Positions 13,377-26,899 of a DNA stretch of 64,000 bases are shown piece after piece. Position 1 is the first letter of the stretch. Each line of letters opens with the position of its first letter. The notes under the pieces are model-generated. The model ran no database searches, was not told the DNA's origin, and saw only the letters and a program-made list of their open reading frames with translations. Source of the DNA: Pristiophorus japonicus (lineage: Eukaryota); the NCBI RefSeq assembly GCF_044704955.1, contig NC_091978.1, forward strand, positions 316,076,001-316,140,000. The letters are read 5' to 3'. The position numbers were made by a program, and so were the translations under genes.

Positions 13377-14032
13377 GGGCTAGAATTTCCCCAAAGCCCG
13401 CCAGCGCCCGATTGCCGCCCCAAAAAATGTTAGGGCTGTGAAGATTATCACCAGCGAAAACTTCCCAAAAATGTTTTTAAAAATCTGCCCAGCAAAAAAC
13501 ATAGGCCTTGCACCCCCAATCTGGGTGAAAAAGTGCTATTTAGGGTAGATTGGGCAGTGCCTAAAGAAAATGGGCAAAAAAATAAACAAATCTATAAAAA
13601 TTTACACCGAGGCTGTGGGTTGGGCCTAACACCAAAAAAAAGAATAAAACAAATTTTTCAAAAAACCAAACTAAAAAAACCAAAAAACGTTCCCAAAACA
13701 CTTCTAAATTAAATCACCCCAATAGAGTTTGAAAATAAATAGTAAAAAACCAATCACTTACCTTTTTCTTGCAGACCTACTTGCCTACCACCCAGCTCCG
13801 CTGATCCTCGAGGGAGTTTTAAAATGTTTTTATACTGACCTACGGGTCACCGCTCAGTCAAACATCGCGCCAGGGCGATCTGTGGATGGTGCACGCCAGT
13901 GGTCTGCTCCCCAGCGAGACTTCGAAACCGCCGGCATGCCTCAGCTGGGAAATTTTTCACCAACCCGGTTGTCGACCAAAAAGGCCAATACTGTCGAGAA
14001 ACCAGGCTGTGAACCACTGAAAATTCTAGCCC
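13377..14032. mobile_element. Non-autonomous TIR element inserted in a CR1 fragment
   Basis: TIRs GGGCTAGAATTT / AAATTCTAGCCC; CR1 sequence resumes at ~14036. Confidence 0.75.
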
Positions 14033-14035
14033 ACG

Positions 14036-14746
14036 AAATGGTACGACACTGAAAAGTGTAGAGGAACAAAGGGACCTTGGAGTGCAGATCCACAGATTCC
14101 TGAAGGTAGCAGGCCAGGTACATAAGGTGGTTCAGAAGGCATATGGAATACTTGCCTTTATTAGTCGAGGCATGGAATACAAGAGCAAGGACGTTATGCT
14201 TGAACTGTATAAAACACTGGTTAGGCCGCAGTTGGAGTACTGTGTGCAGTTCTGGTCACCACATTACAGGAAAGATGGGATTGCACTGGAAGGGGTGCCG
14301 AGGAGATTTACAAGAATGTTGCCTGGACTGGAGAATTTTGGTTATGAGGAAAGATTGGAGATGCTGGGTCTGTTTTCTTTGGAACTGAGGAGGCTGAGGG
14401 GAGACCTGATTGAGGTATATAAAATTATGAGGAGCCTGGATAGAGTGGATAGGAAAGATCTGTTTCGCTTGGCAGAGTGGTCAATAATCAGGGGGCATAG
14501 ATTTAGAGGAGATATAAGGAGAAATGTCTTTGCCTAGAGGGTGGTGGGGATCTGGAACTCACTGCCTGAAAGGGTGTTAGGCCACATTTAAAAAATACTT
14601 GGATGTGCACTTAAAGTGTCGTAACCTAAAGGGCTATGGAACTAGAGCTGGAAAGTGGGGTTAGGCTGGACAACTTTTGGTCGGCCGGCATGGACACAAC
14701 GGACCAAATGGCCTCCTTCCGTGCTGTATAAAAAACTAATTCTATG
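14036..14746 (+). mobile_element. CR1 LINE 3' fragment
   Basis: AYGILAFISRGMEYKSKDVMLELYKTLVRPQLEYCVQFWSP; 3' UTR ending aatggcctccttccgtgctgta. Confidence 0.92.
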
Positions 14747-14788
14747 AAATGACTATTGACCCTTGTGCAATCCCTTAATGCCTGTCTT

Positions 14789-15445
14789 ACATAGAAACAT
14801 AGAAATTAGGTGCGGGAGCAGGCGATTCGGCCCTTTGAGCCTGCATCACCATTCAATAAGATCATGGCTGATCAATCAACCTCAGTACCTCCTTCCTGCT
14901 ATCTCTCCATACCCCTTGATCCCTTTGGCCGTAAGGGCCATATCTAACTCCCTTTTGAATATATCAAACGAACTGGCCTCAACAACTTTCTGCGGTAGAG
15001 AATTCCACAGGTTAACCACTCTCTGAGTGAAGAAGTTTCTCCTCATCTCAGTCCTAAATGGCCTACCCCTTATTCTTAGGTTGTGATCCTTGGTTCTGGA
15101 ACTCACCAGCAATGGGAACATTCTTCCTGCCTCTAACCTGTCCAATCCCGTCAGAATTTTATATGTTTCTATGATATCCCCTCTCATTCTTCTAAACTCC
15201 AGTGGATACAAGCCCAGTTGATCCAGTCTCCCCTCATATGTCAGTCCTGCCATCCCAGGAATCAATATGGTGAACCTTCGCTGTACTCCCTCAATAGCAA
15301 GAACATCTTTCCTCAGATTAGGGGACCAAAACTGAACACAATATTCCAGGTGTGGCCTCACCAAGGCTCTGTACAACTGTAGTAAGACCTCCCTGCTCCT
15401 ATACTCAAATCCTCTTGCTATGAGGGCCAACATGCCATTTGCCTT
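14789..15445 (-). mobile_element. CR1 LINE 3' fragment
   Basis: ORF 14882-15433 has the CR1 ORF2 C-terminus; tail reads acatagaaacatagaa on the plus strand. Confidence 0.95.
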
Positions 15446-15479
15446 GTGTTTTCCTTTCCCTTTTCTAGTGCTTCTATGA

Positions 15480-17189
15480 ATTGTTTCCCTAGTGGCTACA
15501 GATTAGGAAGTGGAATGCTGCTGAGATTCCATGAGGATACTCCAGATGGCCTTGGAAGAGGACTATGAGCAGCTCTGGGCCTAGAGGGCCTGGCTGCAGA
15601 CTGTACCATCATGGCCTGGGCTACAGCACTCTGGGCTGACTGGCTGAAGGGCACCTGCAAGGGCAGTGGCAGAGTGGCTAGGGTGGGGGGAGTTGGTACA
15701 CTGTCATTCCTGAGAGAGGACAGCATGTTCCTCTCTTATGGAACCAAGACTACTCCCCTGGAGTAGCTCCTAGGCCTCTGCTCGAGTGCTGATGCCCTGG
15801 AAGCCCCTTACAACAGTGGCCCCAAAACCAAGTTCGTAGCCATCCAAGCTTCCATGGCATCACAAACTGCTGTCAGATTTGACCTAAGACACTCCATCAT
15901 GGTGGGTTCTACTGCACTGCTGATGGAGCTGACCACTCAGTCCATGTTGGACCAAAATGGCTTCATGGTCTGCACAAAAGCCTTGTGCCAATTTGGAGGT
16001 GGACTCCTTCCTACTCTGAGACATTGTGTGCAAGTTCTCCGGCCGGCTGTCCATTGCATTTCCTGGTGTTTGTCCATGAGCCTTCTTCGGTAGTCTGCCT
16101 CATCAAAATCTGCATCTCAGTCCTCTGCAGCTGAAATAGTGTGCAACCTCGCCCTCCAGCGAGTTCCCATCAGTGGTACCCTATGCCCCTGTCCTAGCTC
16201 CTGCGCACTTATGCCCGGTGAGTCAGAAAGTGCAGAATGCTCCTCTAACCTAACCTCTAAAATCCATCTAAAATATATGAGTTGGTGGTTGCGAGGGTGA
16301 GATCACCTGGCAGTGCATTTGCTGCAACACTGCACTCATCTTCCTCCACTGAATGAGGAGCGTCAACATTCTCAGGAGCTGAAATGAAAAAATGGGACAT
16401 GGGTTAGCATGTGAGGGAGAGCAGAAAGGCAGAAGTGGGTGTTGGAAGCATTTGTTGGAAGTGTGGTTGAGTGAAAAGTCAGAAGAGACAAGGAGGATTG
16501 GTATAAAGAAATCCTGCTCGGCATCTACTCCAGCATCGCCAGTGACCATGGCCTCCACTCTGCCCCTTTCCATGATGCCAGAATGCGCTCTTCAAGGGAG
16601 AGAGGGTATGCCGACACTCTCTTCCTCCTCTAGTGCCAGTTTGTTGCCTGGTGTTGTGCACCAACTTCTCCGACAAGAAAGAGAGAAGTGTGTTCGTGAG
16701 AGTCTTGTGAGATGTTTGAGGAATGTGGCTGTCATGGTAGAATACCTAACAGTGTGTGAGATGTGAGTTGTGAGAGTGAAGTTTGTAATAGTGCTGAGTT
16801 TGAGGATGAAGAGAAGGATATTTAGTGAGGTGTGGTGCAGAGATTGCAGAACAGTGCAGGGTGGTGGAGGAGGGCAGTGTTGAGAGCACTGTACATGTTG
16901 TAATTAATGAGGCTGTGAGTGGTACGGTTGTGATGAGAAAGTATTTCCACAGTGTTGGTACCTTGACAAACCTAGTCAAATCATTGAATATTTTCCTGCA
17001 TTGCATCCATATTCTTGAGCAATGCTCCTGGCCTCAGCATCCTCAGCAATATCTTCCACTACCGCCTGATCAGTCACCTGGAGGGCTTCCTGCCCCCTGG
17101 AGTATGTGTGTCTTCCTGTCCGCTGCCTACAACAAGGCCTCTAGTACAGCATGAGAAGAGCTTGGTGTTCTCTCTCTCGCCTCAGCCAT
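15480..17189 (-). pseudogene. Spliced Myb/SANT-like (Harbinger DNA-binding, MSANTD4-like) pseudogene
   Basis: Exon 1 MAEARERTPSSSHAVLEALL...WMQCRKIFNDLTRFVK|gt; exon 2 EKLVHNTRQQTGTRGG; later low-complexity exons; stops and frameshifts. Confidence 0.75.
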
Positions 17190-17289
17190 TTCCTTAACAA
17201 TCACTTGCAGAACATGTCTTGCAGCCAGGATACACTTCCCCTTTAAGAGATGTAGTCTGCCTTTAAGTAGCCAATATTGCATCTTTTGT

Positions 17290-17600
17290 CCTCTCTCCTC
17301 TCCCTCCCCCCTTGAGTCTTGTGACCTCTCTCTCCTCCACCCCTCTTGAGTCTTGTGACCTCTCTCCCCGCCTCCCCCCCACACCTCTCCATTGAATTGT
17401 AGCCTATCCCTCTATATGTGGCCCACAATGCTTGCCACCGCCCAGCCTCTCCGTTGATTTGCTTGCTGCAGCCTCTCCGTTGAATCCTGATTCCTGCCAG
17501 TTCAATCACTCCTCGCCCCCAGCCTCTCTGTTGATTTGCCTGCTGCAGCCTCTCCGTAGAATTCTGATGCCGGCCAGTTCAATCGCTCCCGACCCTAGCC
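17290..17600. repeat. Two short tandem duplications (~36-bp and ~78-bp units)
   Basis: cttgagtcttgtgacctctctc twice; cccagcctct...gccagttcaatc twice. Confidence 0.8.
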
Positions 17601-18082
17601 CAGGCCGAGTGGCCGCCCGCACCGGCCCGCTGTCTTCTCGGGCCGAATACAGAAAGGTGAATTGCAGTTTGAAGCTGAAGGTAGGACTTCAATTTTTAAT
17701 TTCTTATTGAATTGTTAATACCTTTTGTTTGCAAACATTGCAAAGGGTAAGGCTTGGTTGGTTTAGGTGCAGGTCCTCTGCGCTTCCCGCACTTTTCCCA
17801 GACCGAATGGCCTCCAATGTACCTACCTGCGCCGATTTCTTTAACTCTCCGCAAGGGTTTTCTGAAGTGGCCACATACGCTGGCCTAAGTAGAAATGGAG
17901 TAACTATTAGATGGCCAAAGTTGCCTAAATGGGCAGAACTGCCATAGGTGGCCTAAAAAAAACGTAACTAAGTGAGTTATGCTGGTGCAAATTGATTGGG
18001 GAAATTGGGGATTTTTAAGTTACGCTAGAAAAAGCAGGTTACTCCAAAAAAAAACGCAGCAACACCTGGCCAAAATTGAGCC
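17560..18082. mobile_element. Partial MITE with right TIR AAAATTGAGCCC
   Basis: Same terminus and subterminal sequence as 53973-54832. Confidence 0.7.
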
Positions 18083-18420
18083 CATTGTGTCCAGTTCTGG
18101 GCACCACATTTTAGGAAGGACGTCAAAGCCTTTGAGCGGGTGCAGAGGAGATTTACTACAATGGTACTAGGGATGAGGGACTACAGTTCTATGGAGAGAC
18201 TAGAAAAGTTGGGGTTGCTCACCTTAGAGCAAGGGAGGTTATGGGGAAATTTAATAAAGGTGTTCAAAATTGTTCTCCTTAGAGCAGAGAAGGATAAGGG
18301 GAGATTTAATGGGGCATGCAAAATGATGATGATTTTTAAGAGAGTAAATAGGGAGAAATTGTTTCCACTGAGGACATAGATTTAAGGTAATTGGCAAAAG
18401 AACCAGAGGGGGATGATGAG
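18083..18420 (+). mobile_element. Old CR1 3' fragment
   Basis: CVQFW, QRRFT, ERLEKLGL motifs. Confidence 0.8.
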
Positions 18421-18923
18421 TGCCTAAAAAAGGGCGTGCCCGAACCTTTCCGAACCATGGTGTTCTAGATAAGAGTAGGAAGGTGAAAACTTTAGGTTCA
18501 TTCATAGTATAGTTAGATGATGTGATTGGGGGAATATAATGTATTTTCCTGGATGGGTGTCCTAAGATGGGCCAAATGGTTTCCCTTACGTGTTTATCTT
18601 GAGAAGTTGTGTCCAACCACAGTCAAAATACTTGTCCATTTGTCTAGTTGATCTGCTGTGAGTAAAATAAAGCAGTCTGCAGCTATTATTTCAAGACCAA
18701 CCATAAACCAGGGTTTTCAACGCGTATAAAGTGAGAACATTGCAAAATTATGTGAACTGGATTTAAATAACAATTATGCAGTCTTTAACAAGCTAAATAA
18801 GATTAGCGCATGGATTCAGCACTATAACTTTATGTTGGAAGAATCTTTGTAAGGCACAATAAAGCTGGATGAAATATGTACCGACAGCACTAGCAAAATT
18901 AGTCACTCAGAGCACCAAATGGT

Positions 18924-19651
18924 GGGAGAGAAATTGGCCTGGTTAGCGCCTGCGGGGGCAGTAACGGGATGCTAAGGGGTTACCAACTGGGCGCGGCAAA
19001 ATCACCGATGCCCACGAACTTCCCTGGTAATTTTGCGCTGGTGCTAACACTTACCACCTCACTCTCTTGCTGCCCGGAGATTGTGATGTCATCCAGTGAG
19101 CAGCGCCCCGTCACTGCCCCGATGCAATATTAGCTCCTGCCCCCTGTAGCATTGCCAGGCGTCAACAAAAGCAGCTGCGGGAGGTGTTGTTACTTCGAGT
19201 GGCCGCTTGGGGAGCGCTAATTCAAGGCAGTGGTGGTCGGGTAGGGCAAAATTTATTTATCTCCCCATTCTGGTGCCTCCTGATTTCCTTAGCCCCCACG
19301 ATTGCTCAGCCCTGCACTCTCTTCGAGTGCTTGGGGCTACTATGCATGTAGCGTAGGTACTGTGGCCCAATACTCATTCACCCCAGCATTAGCCATTCCC
19401 TTTAAGAGAGTGAAGGAGCTTGTACAGGCAACAGCGCTGCATTAAACATTGCTCAGCACTCTGCCGATACCACCCCCTCACTCCCTTTAGCGCTCTAAGA
19501 GAAATGGCAGTGCTTGATCTAGCACTCCACGTCCCTCTTGGAGCGCTAAAATGGAAGTTCCAGTCAGCTGAAAATCTTTTTCGCCCGGCAATACTTCTGC
19601 GCACCCTGAAAATTTATCACCCCAAACAGGACGCTACGTAATTTCTAGCCT
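18924..19651. mobile_element. Degenerate non-autonomous TIR element
   Basis: Imperfect TIRs GGGAGAGAAATT / AATTTCTAGCCT; flanks ggt/gat; GC-rich interior in AT-rich DNA. Confidence 0.55.
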
Positions 19652-20146
19652 GATGTGTGTGTCAATTGTAACATTAATAGTGTTTTCCTAGAAAATAGAT
19701 GTTGTACTAACTGTTCACTTCATTCTCAGTTCTGGCACACTTTGCAAGTGGGGAGTGACCTTGACAGTTCTGCTGATCATCTGAACAGCATGTTCCAAGG
19801 AGTTACAGGTACCTAAAACAATATTGCTCTTCAAATCAATTGGTGAATCCAATTCTAAGTAGAAGTGACTGCAAATCTCTTGTAGCATCAAGTCGTTCTC
19901 ATTGTTCTTTCTGTCGTTCTTTCTGGAGGTAAGATCAGAATATTTTATATGTTGTAACCAGTTTCACGCAATATTTTGCAATGGCTATTCCTGATACTAT
20001 AAAAGGATTTAAATTAGGAGTATAGCACATTGCTGGGAAAATCAGCATGTTGTGCCATGAATTGGCAAGATTTCAATTTATATCTGATAGGGTATTATAT
20101 AGTCACTGTGGAGAGAGGCTGAGTAGAAGCCAAATATTTTCCCACA

Positions 20147-20557
20147 CAGGGGTGGCTTAACAATTCTTGGGGCCATTGGGGACATTCAGGGCCTCACCGC
20201 ACCCTGCACATCGACACCACCCACCCTCCCCACCCTCAATCTATTAAAACACAAACGTGTAGTAAAACGCATGAAGAAATAGCCCCATTGAATGTTTGCA
20301 CACTGCTTCTAAGTTTCCTCATATCTAAATAAATCAATGTTTTTTTAACTTGTGTATTGCAACGGCAAGTGTCTATAGTTATGTTGTAACAAATCTCTGA
20401 CTCTGCCTCACACCCTTCTGACAGTATTTTTAAATGCTAGAATATTTTTCTCGAGTGGTTGTATGCAGTATTTCTACATTAAGATGAGTTTTATTGGTGA
20501 CCTATATTTGCAGAGGCCCTAGGTGGGTCCCTTAGGGCTGTGCATTAATCCGCCCCA
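20147..20557. mobile_element. Possible hAT-type MITE relic
   Basis: Termini CAGGGGTGGCTTAA / TTAATCCGCCCCA with GGGCC-rich subtermini; no clear TSD. Confidence 0.4.
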
Positions 20558-21429
20558 TTCCACAATAAGCAAAGGAACACTAAGAAGGTCAGACTGGCTC
20601 CTCTCTCGTATCTAATATTGGGCATGCAACAGAGTAACTTTAGCAGAAACCTGTGAATGGATTGGTCCCCTACCCCCTCATCCAGTGATGGGGCCTGGTA
20701 TGGAAAAACCCAAACAAGGAGGGAAATAGGAAATGGCCATATAAACATTAAAATATCAATTCATTTTCAAAAATGTTAATCCATTACAATACAGTGGGAC
20801 CGAAATTATCCCTTTCGATAAGGCCTCTGACCACCGGAAAACGGTGACCACGGGGCAGTGCGGAATGGCCGCCAACTCTCCATGGAGGGGTTGCCATTTT
20901 AGAAATTGCCCTTCCTCAGGAGCGGAGCAAAGTCCGGGACCAGAGCTGGTCCAGGGCATCCTTGTAGGCTGTCTGTACTGTCTGGCCCACTAACACAGCA
21001 GCCCTCAAGTAGCCTTGCTGTAGGCACTAAGGCCTCATTGAAGAGGACCAGTGGGGTGGGAGGCGGGTAAAGGTGAGGTGGGTGAAAGGTCAGGCCAAGT
21101 CTGATTTAGGACTTGCACCACATTGGGGACATGTACTTAGAATTGTTAATCAGGCCTGTATATAGTTAAGTTACTTTGCTGGTCGAGTGCGTTGCGTTGA
21201 GTGTGTTGCAACAGGACGTTGTATTTTGTTTGGTTATTTGGGGGGATGGGGCATATGTTTGTTTGTTTGAGTAAAATGCTTGACTGATTGCCATTGGCAT
21301 CTTGTGTATCATTGTACACTTAACCGGAGATGTGCCATTATGGTGGCACATAGCGCGGGCAGTATTCGTTGCATCTCTCAGCTTCTTCCATTCAAGAGAA
21401 CCGATCCATTATGAGCTGCTGAAGTGCAG

Positions 21430-22480
21430 CTCTTGGTCCGGAAGCATCTCCATGCTGCTTGCCCCATGGATGGTGTTCCTCCTGGTGTGGCTAGCCATTC
21501 GGGGCCTCGCCAGGCTCCTGTTTGTCCTCCTCCTCCTGAGGTGGGGCTGCAATCCCCACTGGCAATCCCTGGCCTTTCATGATGAATTCTGAGACCTGTT
21601 GAAGGGAGTATTGAAGGCTGCCTCCAGAGCGGTCCAGGCATCGGAAACGCTGCCTATTGGCTCTTCGATGATGTTGCGGGTGGCCGCATGGCTCTCATTG
21701 TAGTGCTGCTCCGCTTCTGTGGTGAGATTGCGGAGGGAGGTCATCAGCCACATGGCTAGGCCGTATCCTTTGTCCCCAAGCAGCCAGACACGCCATTCCC
21801 GTGATGGCCGAAGCAATCCTGAGACAGTGCTCATCATGTGTGCTGCCTGGATAATGGGCATTCGTTGCGAGGATACGTTGCGTGTGGTTGCACACCAGCT
21901 GCACGTTTAGGGAGTGGTATCCCTTTCGGTTTCTGAATACCTCTATGTGTGTGTAATGGTGCTCGCAAGGCCACGTGTGTGCAGTCAATGGCTCCTTGAA
22001 CCCTCAGGAAGCCCGCAATCCTGCCAAACCCACATGCCTGCTCATTCTGGCTGACCCTGCTCATTGGGAACGTCATGAAGTTCATTCTACGGGTGTACAT
22101 AGCCTTTGTGACATGGCGAATGCAGCGATCTGCAACATATTGAGTGATGCTGCATATGTCCCCTGCTGCAGCTTGGAAGGAGCCAGAGGCATAGAAGGCC
22201 ATCACCACAGTCACCTTCACTGCAACAGGCTGCGCAGTCCTGGTACCGATGTGAGGCTGCGGGTCTGCCTGTGGGAGATGGCATACCTCTGTCAGCACAA
22301 CCTTTCGGAAGTGCAGCCTTCCCACACACTGCTCTTCAGAGAGTTGGATTTATGAGCATTGCTGCCTGTAAACCCATGCGGTGTAAGGCCTCCTGCCCAG
22401 ACGTCTTCGGTTTTTCCCCATCCGTGGGCCGACATGGCCAGCAGCCCTTCTATCATGATGCCGGCTAGCAATAGCATGGA
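21430..22480 (-). pseudogene. PIF/Harbinger transposase pseudogene (element ~20796-22778, TIR-like GGGACCGAAATT at 20796)
   Basis: FYASGSFQ, VQGAIDCTHVAL, NRKGYHSLNVQLVC, YPGSTHD, WLLGDKGY, YNESHAATRNIIE across frameshifts. Confidence 0.9.
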
Positions 22481-22778
22481 GCAAGGTGCGCTGGCGAACT
22501 ATAATGTCCCCATTAAATTATTTCACAGAAGTTGTAAGGACACTACAGCTTTAAAGTCTGAGATTCACGCAGCATGCTGTGCACAAATGTTGCAGTCAGT
22601 GTGATCTCTGATTTAGGATCCTCCTCCCTCAATTGCTACATGCTGCAAATACCGCCTACTCGACCATGGGACCACCTGGTTATTTCAGGCGTCACTTGGG
22701 GCAGATGTTAAAGGAGGCGTTAGCACCTAATTTTGCAACCAGGGTGCTAGCGGGACGTTGCATGACGATTGACGTCAT

Positions 22779-25700
22779 TGTCATGATTGTAACCTTCACG
22801 AAACTGTAACCTTCATGTAACAACACTGTACACTGTATACACCTAAGAAATGCACACCTTGACCACAGGGGGTGAACTTGTGGGAGACACTCATCACCTG
22901 ATCATCCAGGTATATAAAGGGAGGTCCCACACAGGGTCATCACTTCTTGGTCCTGTGAATAAAGGTACAGGTGACAGAGTGACCTTGTCTCCAGTGTGTG
23001 CCTCGTGTTGATTTGCTCTAGTGTGTAAGGACACAACATTTGGCGACGAGAAATGGGAATCAACGACTCACAAGAATGGCCACCGGTAGCACGGAGGCAC
23101 AGTACTGTGTAGGTGAAGACTGGGATGATTTCATTGAGATGCTCCAGCAGAGCTTTGTCACGAAGGACTGGCTGGGAGTGGCAGCGGCTCACAAGCGAAG
23201 GGCGCATCTGCTGACCAGCTGTGGACCTAAGACGTATGCGCCGATGAAAGACCTGCTCGCACCCGAGAAGCCCGCGGACAAGACCTTCGAGGAGCTCAGC
23301 AAACTGATCGGTAGGCACCTCAAACCGGCAAGTAAGTATACACATGGCCCGACACCAATTCTATACGCACCGACGTCGGGAAGGGCAGAGCATACCAGAC
23401 TTTGTTGCGGACCTTTGGCACTTGGCCAGCCTCTGTAAGTTCACAGATGACTGCAGGGGGGAGATGTTACGGGATTTCTTCATTGAAGGCATTAGTCATG
23501 CCGGGATTTTTAGGAAGTTAATTGAGACCAAGAACTTGACCTTGGAAGCAGCGGCGTTGATGGCTCAAACCTTCATGGCAGGGGAAGAGGAAACCAAGAT
23601 CATAAACACGCGCAACCCTGCTCCCAACGTGGCAATGGAGCAGGGAGTTAACATGGTAAACGCAACTCAGAACCCTGCAGGCAGGCAAGGGCAATTCGAC
23701 ACCAACCAGGCAGTAACAGACACTAGGGTGGGTCCTCAACAGAGACAATGGCAGGTTGAATGGACATTTACACCATCACTGTGGACAATACGTCCCGGGA
23801 TGGGACCATTGGCACCCACTAACAGAGTGCTCAAGAGTAATCAAAGAGACAATCAGAGAGGAATGCCTGGTAACAGTTCTTTTGTTCACAACAATCTCAG
23901 CTCATGCTGGAGGTGCGGGAGCAGACATGCTGCGAAGACCTGCAGGTTTCAACGATTTATCTGCAGAAATTGTAACTTAAGTGGACATTTAGCCAGAATG
24001 TGCAGGAAGCCCGCAGCGAGGCTGGTTTACAAAGCGGATGAACCACAAGAGGGGTCTGCAAGGCAGGGTTATGCTTGGGACACAGCAATGGACGCTGAAG
24101 TTCAGCGGGTTCAGGTGGCAACCATCCACAGCTGATACACAAAAACGCCACCTATGATGATGAGAGTCCTGCTAAACGGCATCCCGGTACGCATGGAGCT
24201 GGGCACTGGAATCAGCCAGTCACTTATGAGTGTCCAACAATTCGAGAAACTGTGGCCACTCAGAGCTAGCAGACCCAAGTTAGCACGCATTGACACGCAA
24301 TTACGGACGTACACCAAAGAGATCATCCCAGTGCTAGGCAGTGCAATGTTGGTGGTCACACATAATGGATCAGAGAACTGGCTGCCACTCTGGATTGTCC
24401 CAGGAAATGGTCCCGCGCTTTTGCGGAGGAGCTGGCTAGCCAAGATGAACTGGAAATGGGAGGATGTAAACGCCATTTCATCTGTGGAGCGAAGTTCATG
24501 CTCACAGGTCCTACAAAAGTTCGAGTCATTATTTCAACCTGGTGTCGGGACTTTCAAAGGCACCAAAGTAAGGATACGCATCACCCCAGTCGCCACACCA
24601 GTGCACCACAAAGCCAGAGCTGTGCCATATGTGATACGGGAGAAAATTGAGAGTGAGTTGGACAGGTTGCTAAGAGAAGGCATAATTTCGCCCGTTGAAT
24701 TCAGCGACTGGGCAAGCCCCATCGTCCCTGTTCTAAAAACAGATGGCTTGGTCAGGATCTGTGGCGACTACAAGGCCACCATCAACCGATTGTCACTTCA
24801 GGACCAATACCCTTTTCCGAGAGCGGAGGATCTTTTTGCCACGCTGGGAGGCAGCAAGCTGTTCACCAAGTTGGACCTCACTTCAGCCTACATGACCCAG
24901 GCACTGGCCGAAGAATCCAAGCTACTGACCACCATCACCACGCACAAGGGGCTGTTTGTTTACAACAGGTGTCCGTTTGGCATTCATTCAGCAGCCGCTA
25001 TCTTTCAAAAGAACATGGAAAGCCTGCTCAAATCCATCCCCGGAACAATTGTATTTCAGGACGACATCCTTATCACGGGTCGAGACATCGAGGAACACCT
25101 CCACAACCTGGAGGAGGTGCTACGCCGACTGGACCGGGTAGGCCTGCGACTAAAGAAGTCCAAGTGTGTGTTTTTGGCCTGAGAGGTCGAGTTTTTGGGC
25201 AGAATGGTTGCCGCAGACGGGATCCGGCCCACCGAATCCAAAATGGAGGCGATCCGTCGCGCGCCCAGGCCTGGCAACACATCGGAGTTGCGGTCATTTC
25301 GGGAACTTTCTGCCGAACTTCAGCACATTGTTGGAGCCGCTGCATGTGCTCCTGCGTAAGGGTTGCGATTAGTTTTGGGGGGACTGTCAGGAACGGGCTT
25401 TCAATCGGGTGCGGAATCTGCTTTGTTCTAATAAGCTGTTGACCCTGTACAACCCCTGTAAGAAATTGGTTTTGAGATGTGATGCATCATCCTATGGGGT
25501 TGGGTGCGTGTTGCAGCAGAGTAATGATGAGGGCCAACTCCAACCTGTGGCTTATGCTTCCAGGTTGCTCTCCCAAACAGAAAGGGGATATGGGATGGTT
25601 GAAAAGGAAGCACTCGCATGTGTCTACGGGGTGAAAAAGATGCACCAGTACCTTTTTGCAGAAGGTTCGAGTTAGAAACGGACCACAAGCTGTTAACATC

Positions 25701-25787
25701 CCTGTTGTCCGACAGCAAAGCTGTCAATGCCAATGCGTCAGCTCGCATACAGCGATGGGCTCTCACGCTGGCTGCATATGACTACAC
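22779..25787 (+). mobile_element. Gypsy B (same family as A): 5' LTR 22779-23038, PBS, gag-PR-RT-RH; truncated after RNase H
   Basis: TG..CA LTR with TATATAAA and AATAAA; PBS TGGCGACGAG at 23041; two zinc knuckles; RT KLDLTSAY/CPFG/FQDD; RH CDASSYG...ELETDHK. Confidence 0.93.
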
Positions 25788-26760
25788 TAGTCTGACCATC
25801 GTCCTCCACATGGTGTGTCACAGCACGCTTGCTCATCTGCGGACACTTGCGTTGGAGATGCCCCACTCTCAGACAGCCTTTGCAGCTATATTGCTTAAAT
25901 CAGCACTGCTGGTACCAGTGATTTTCCCCACAATGCCAACACGGAGAAATCGGATGCATTCCTGCTGGCGGACTTTGGGCAGCTACGGGTTTCGCGTACG
26001 CAGTCGGGTAGGCCTTGCCGAACGGCGAATCAATCATATTTACAGTACTTGCCGAGTTTCGATTTTTCACTGATATCTGTTTTAGACTTCAATCCGTCGT
26101 CATGCATGACTGAGCGATCGTGATGGCCCTGTTCAAGTCCAACGTCTCCACCGCCAGTAGTTTACGCAGGATCACCTCGTGGTTGATGCAGATTACAAAG
26201 AAGTCCCGCTGCAAGTCTGCCAACACAGTCCCGAACTTACACAGTCCCGCTACATGTCTCAGGTCGGCAACGAATTCTGGCCCTCTGAGCGAATGTGCAT
26301 GTAAAATCTGTATCTCGAGATGATGATACCTTCGTCTGGCTTAAGAAGGTCCTTTACCAATGTACACAATTCTTCATACGTCTTCTCTGTTGGACTCACA
26401 GGCAGGAGCAGATTCTTTATCAGAACATAAATTTTTGGACCGCAAACCGTGAGGAACACCGCCTGGCGCCGATCTGCGTCGCCGACCTCCATTTTGTTGG
26501 CCACGAAGAACTGGCTCAAACGGCTCACAAAGTCTGTCCAATCTTCTCCTTCCATAAATCGCTCCAACAATCCAATTGTGCTCATTTTTGCATGCAAAGG
26601 TTCTTGTTGCCTCATCGCGAAATGTTGTGTATGCAATAACTGTTAGACTGAGTACTGTTTAACTCCAAGAGATATGACCTTGACTCTGCTTTATTAAGGC
26701 CCAAAGTGACTAATATACAAAATGGCTGGCCTTTTATATTTGGGCTGCACACACGTGCAG
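25788..26760 (-). mobile_element. Gypsy fragment C: partial 5' LTR (~26623-26760) and gag N-terminus
   Basis: MSTIGLLERFMEGEDWTDFVSRLSQFFVANK...FLTVCG...RYRFY; degenerate PBS next to the LTR end. Confidence 0.8.
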
Positions 26761-26899
26761 AGAGAATAACAAAGTCTTAACTAAAAGATTCAGGAGCTGA
26801 GAGTAACAGTCAGATCAGGGTAAGGAATTAAGATAACAAATGGCCAGGGAATAAACACAGTTACAGAACAGAAGTATAAAAGGACTGATAAAAATAAAG

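Noticed and set aside
24133-24135. Stop between gag and pol of Gypsy B as a programmed readthrough site
   Set aside because: The homologous codon in Gypsy A is Ser in a continuous gag-PR frame (YSSYTKTPP), so this is a TCA>TGA mutation.
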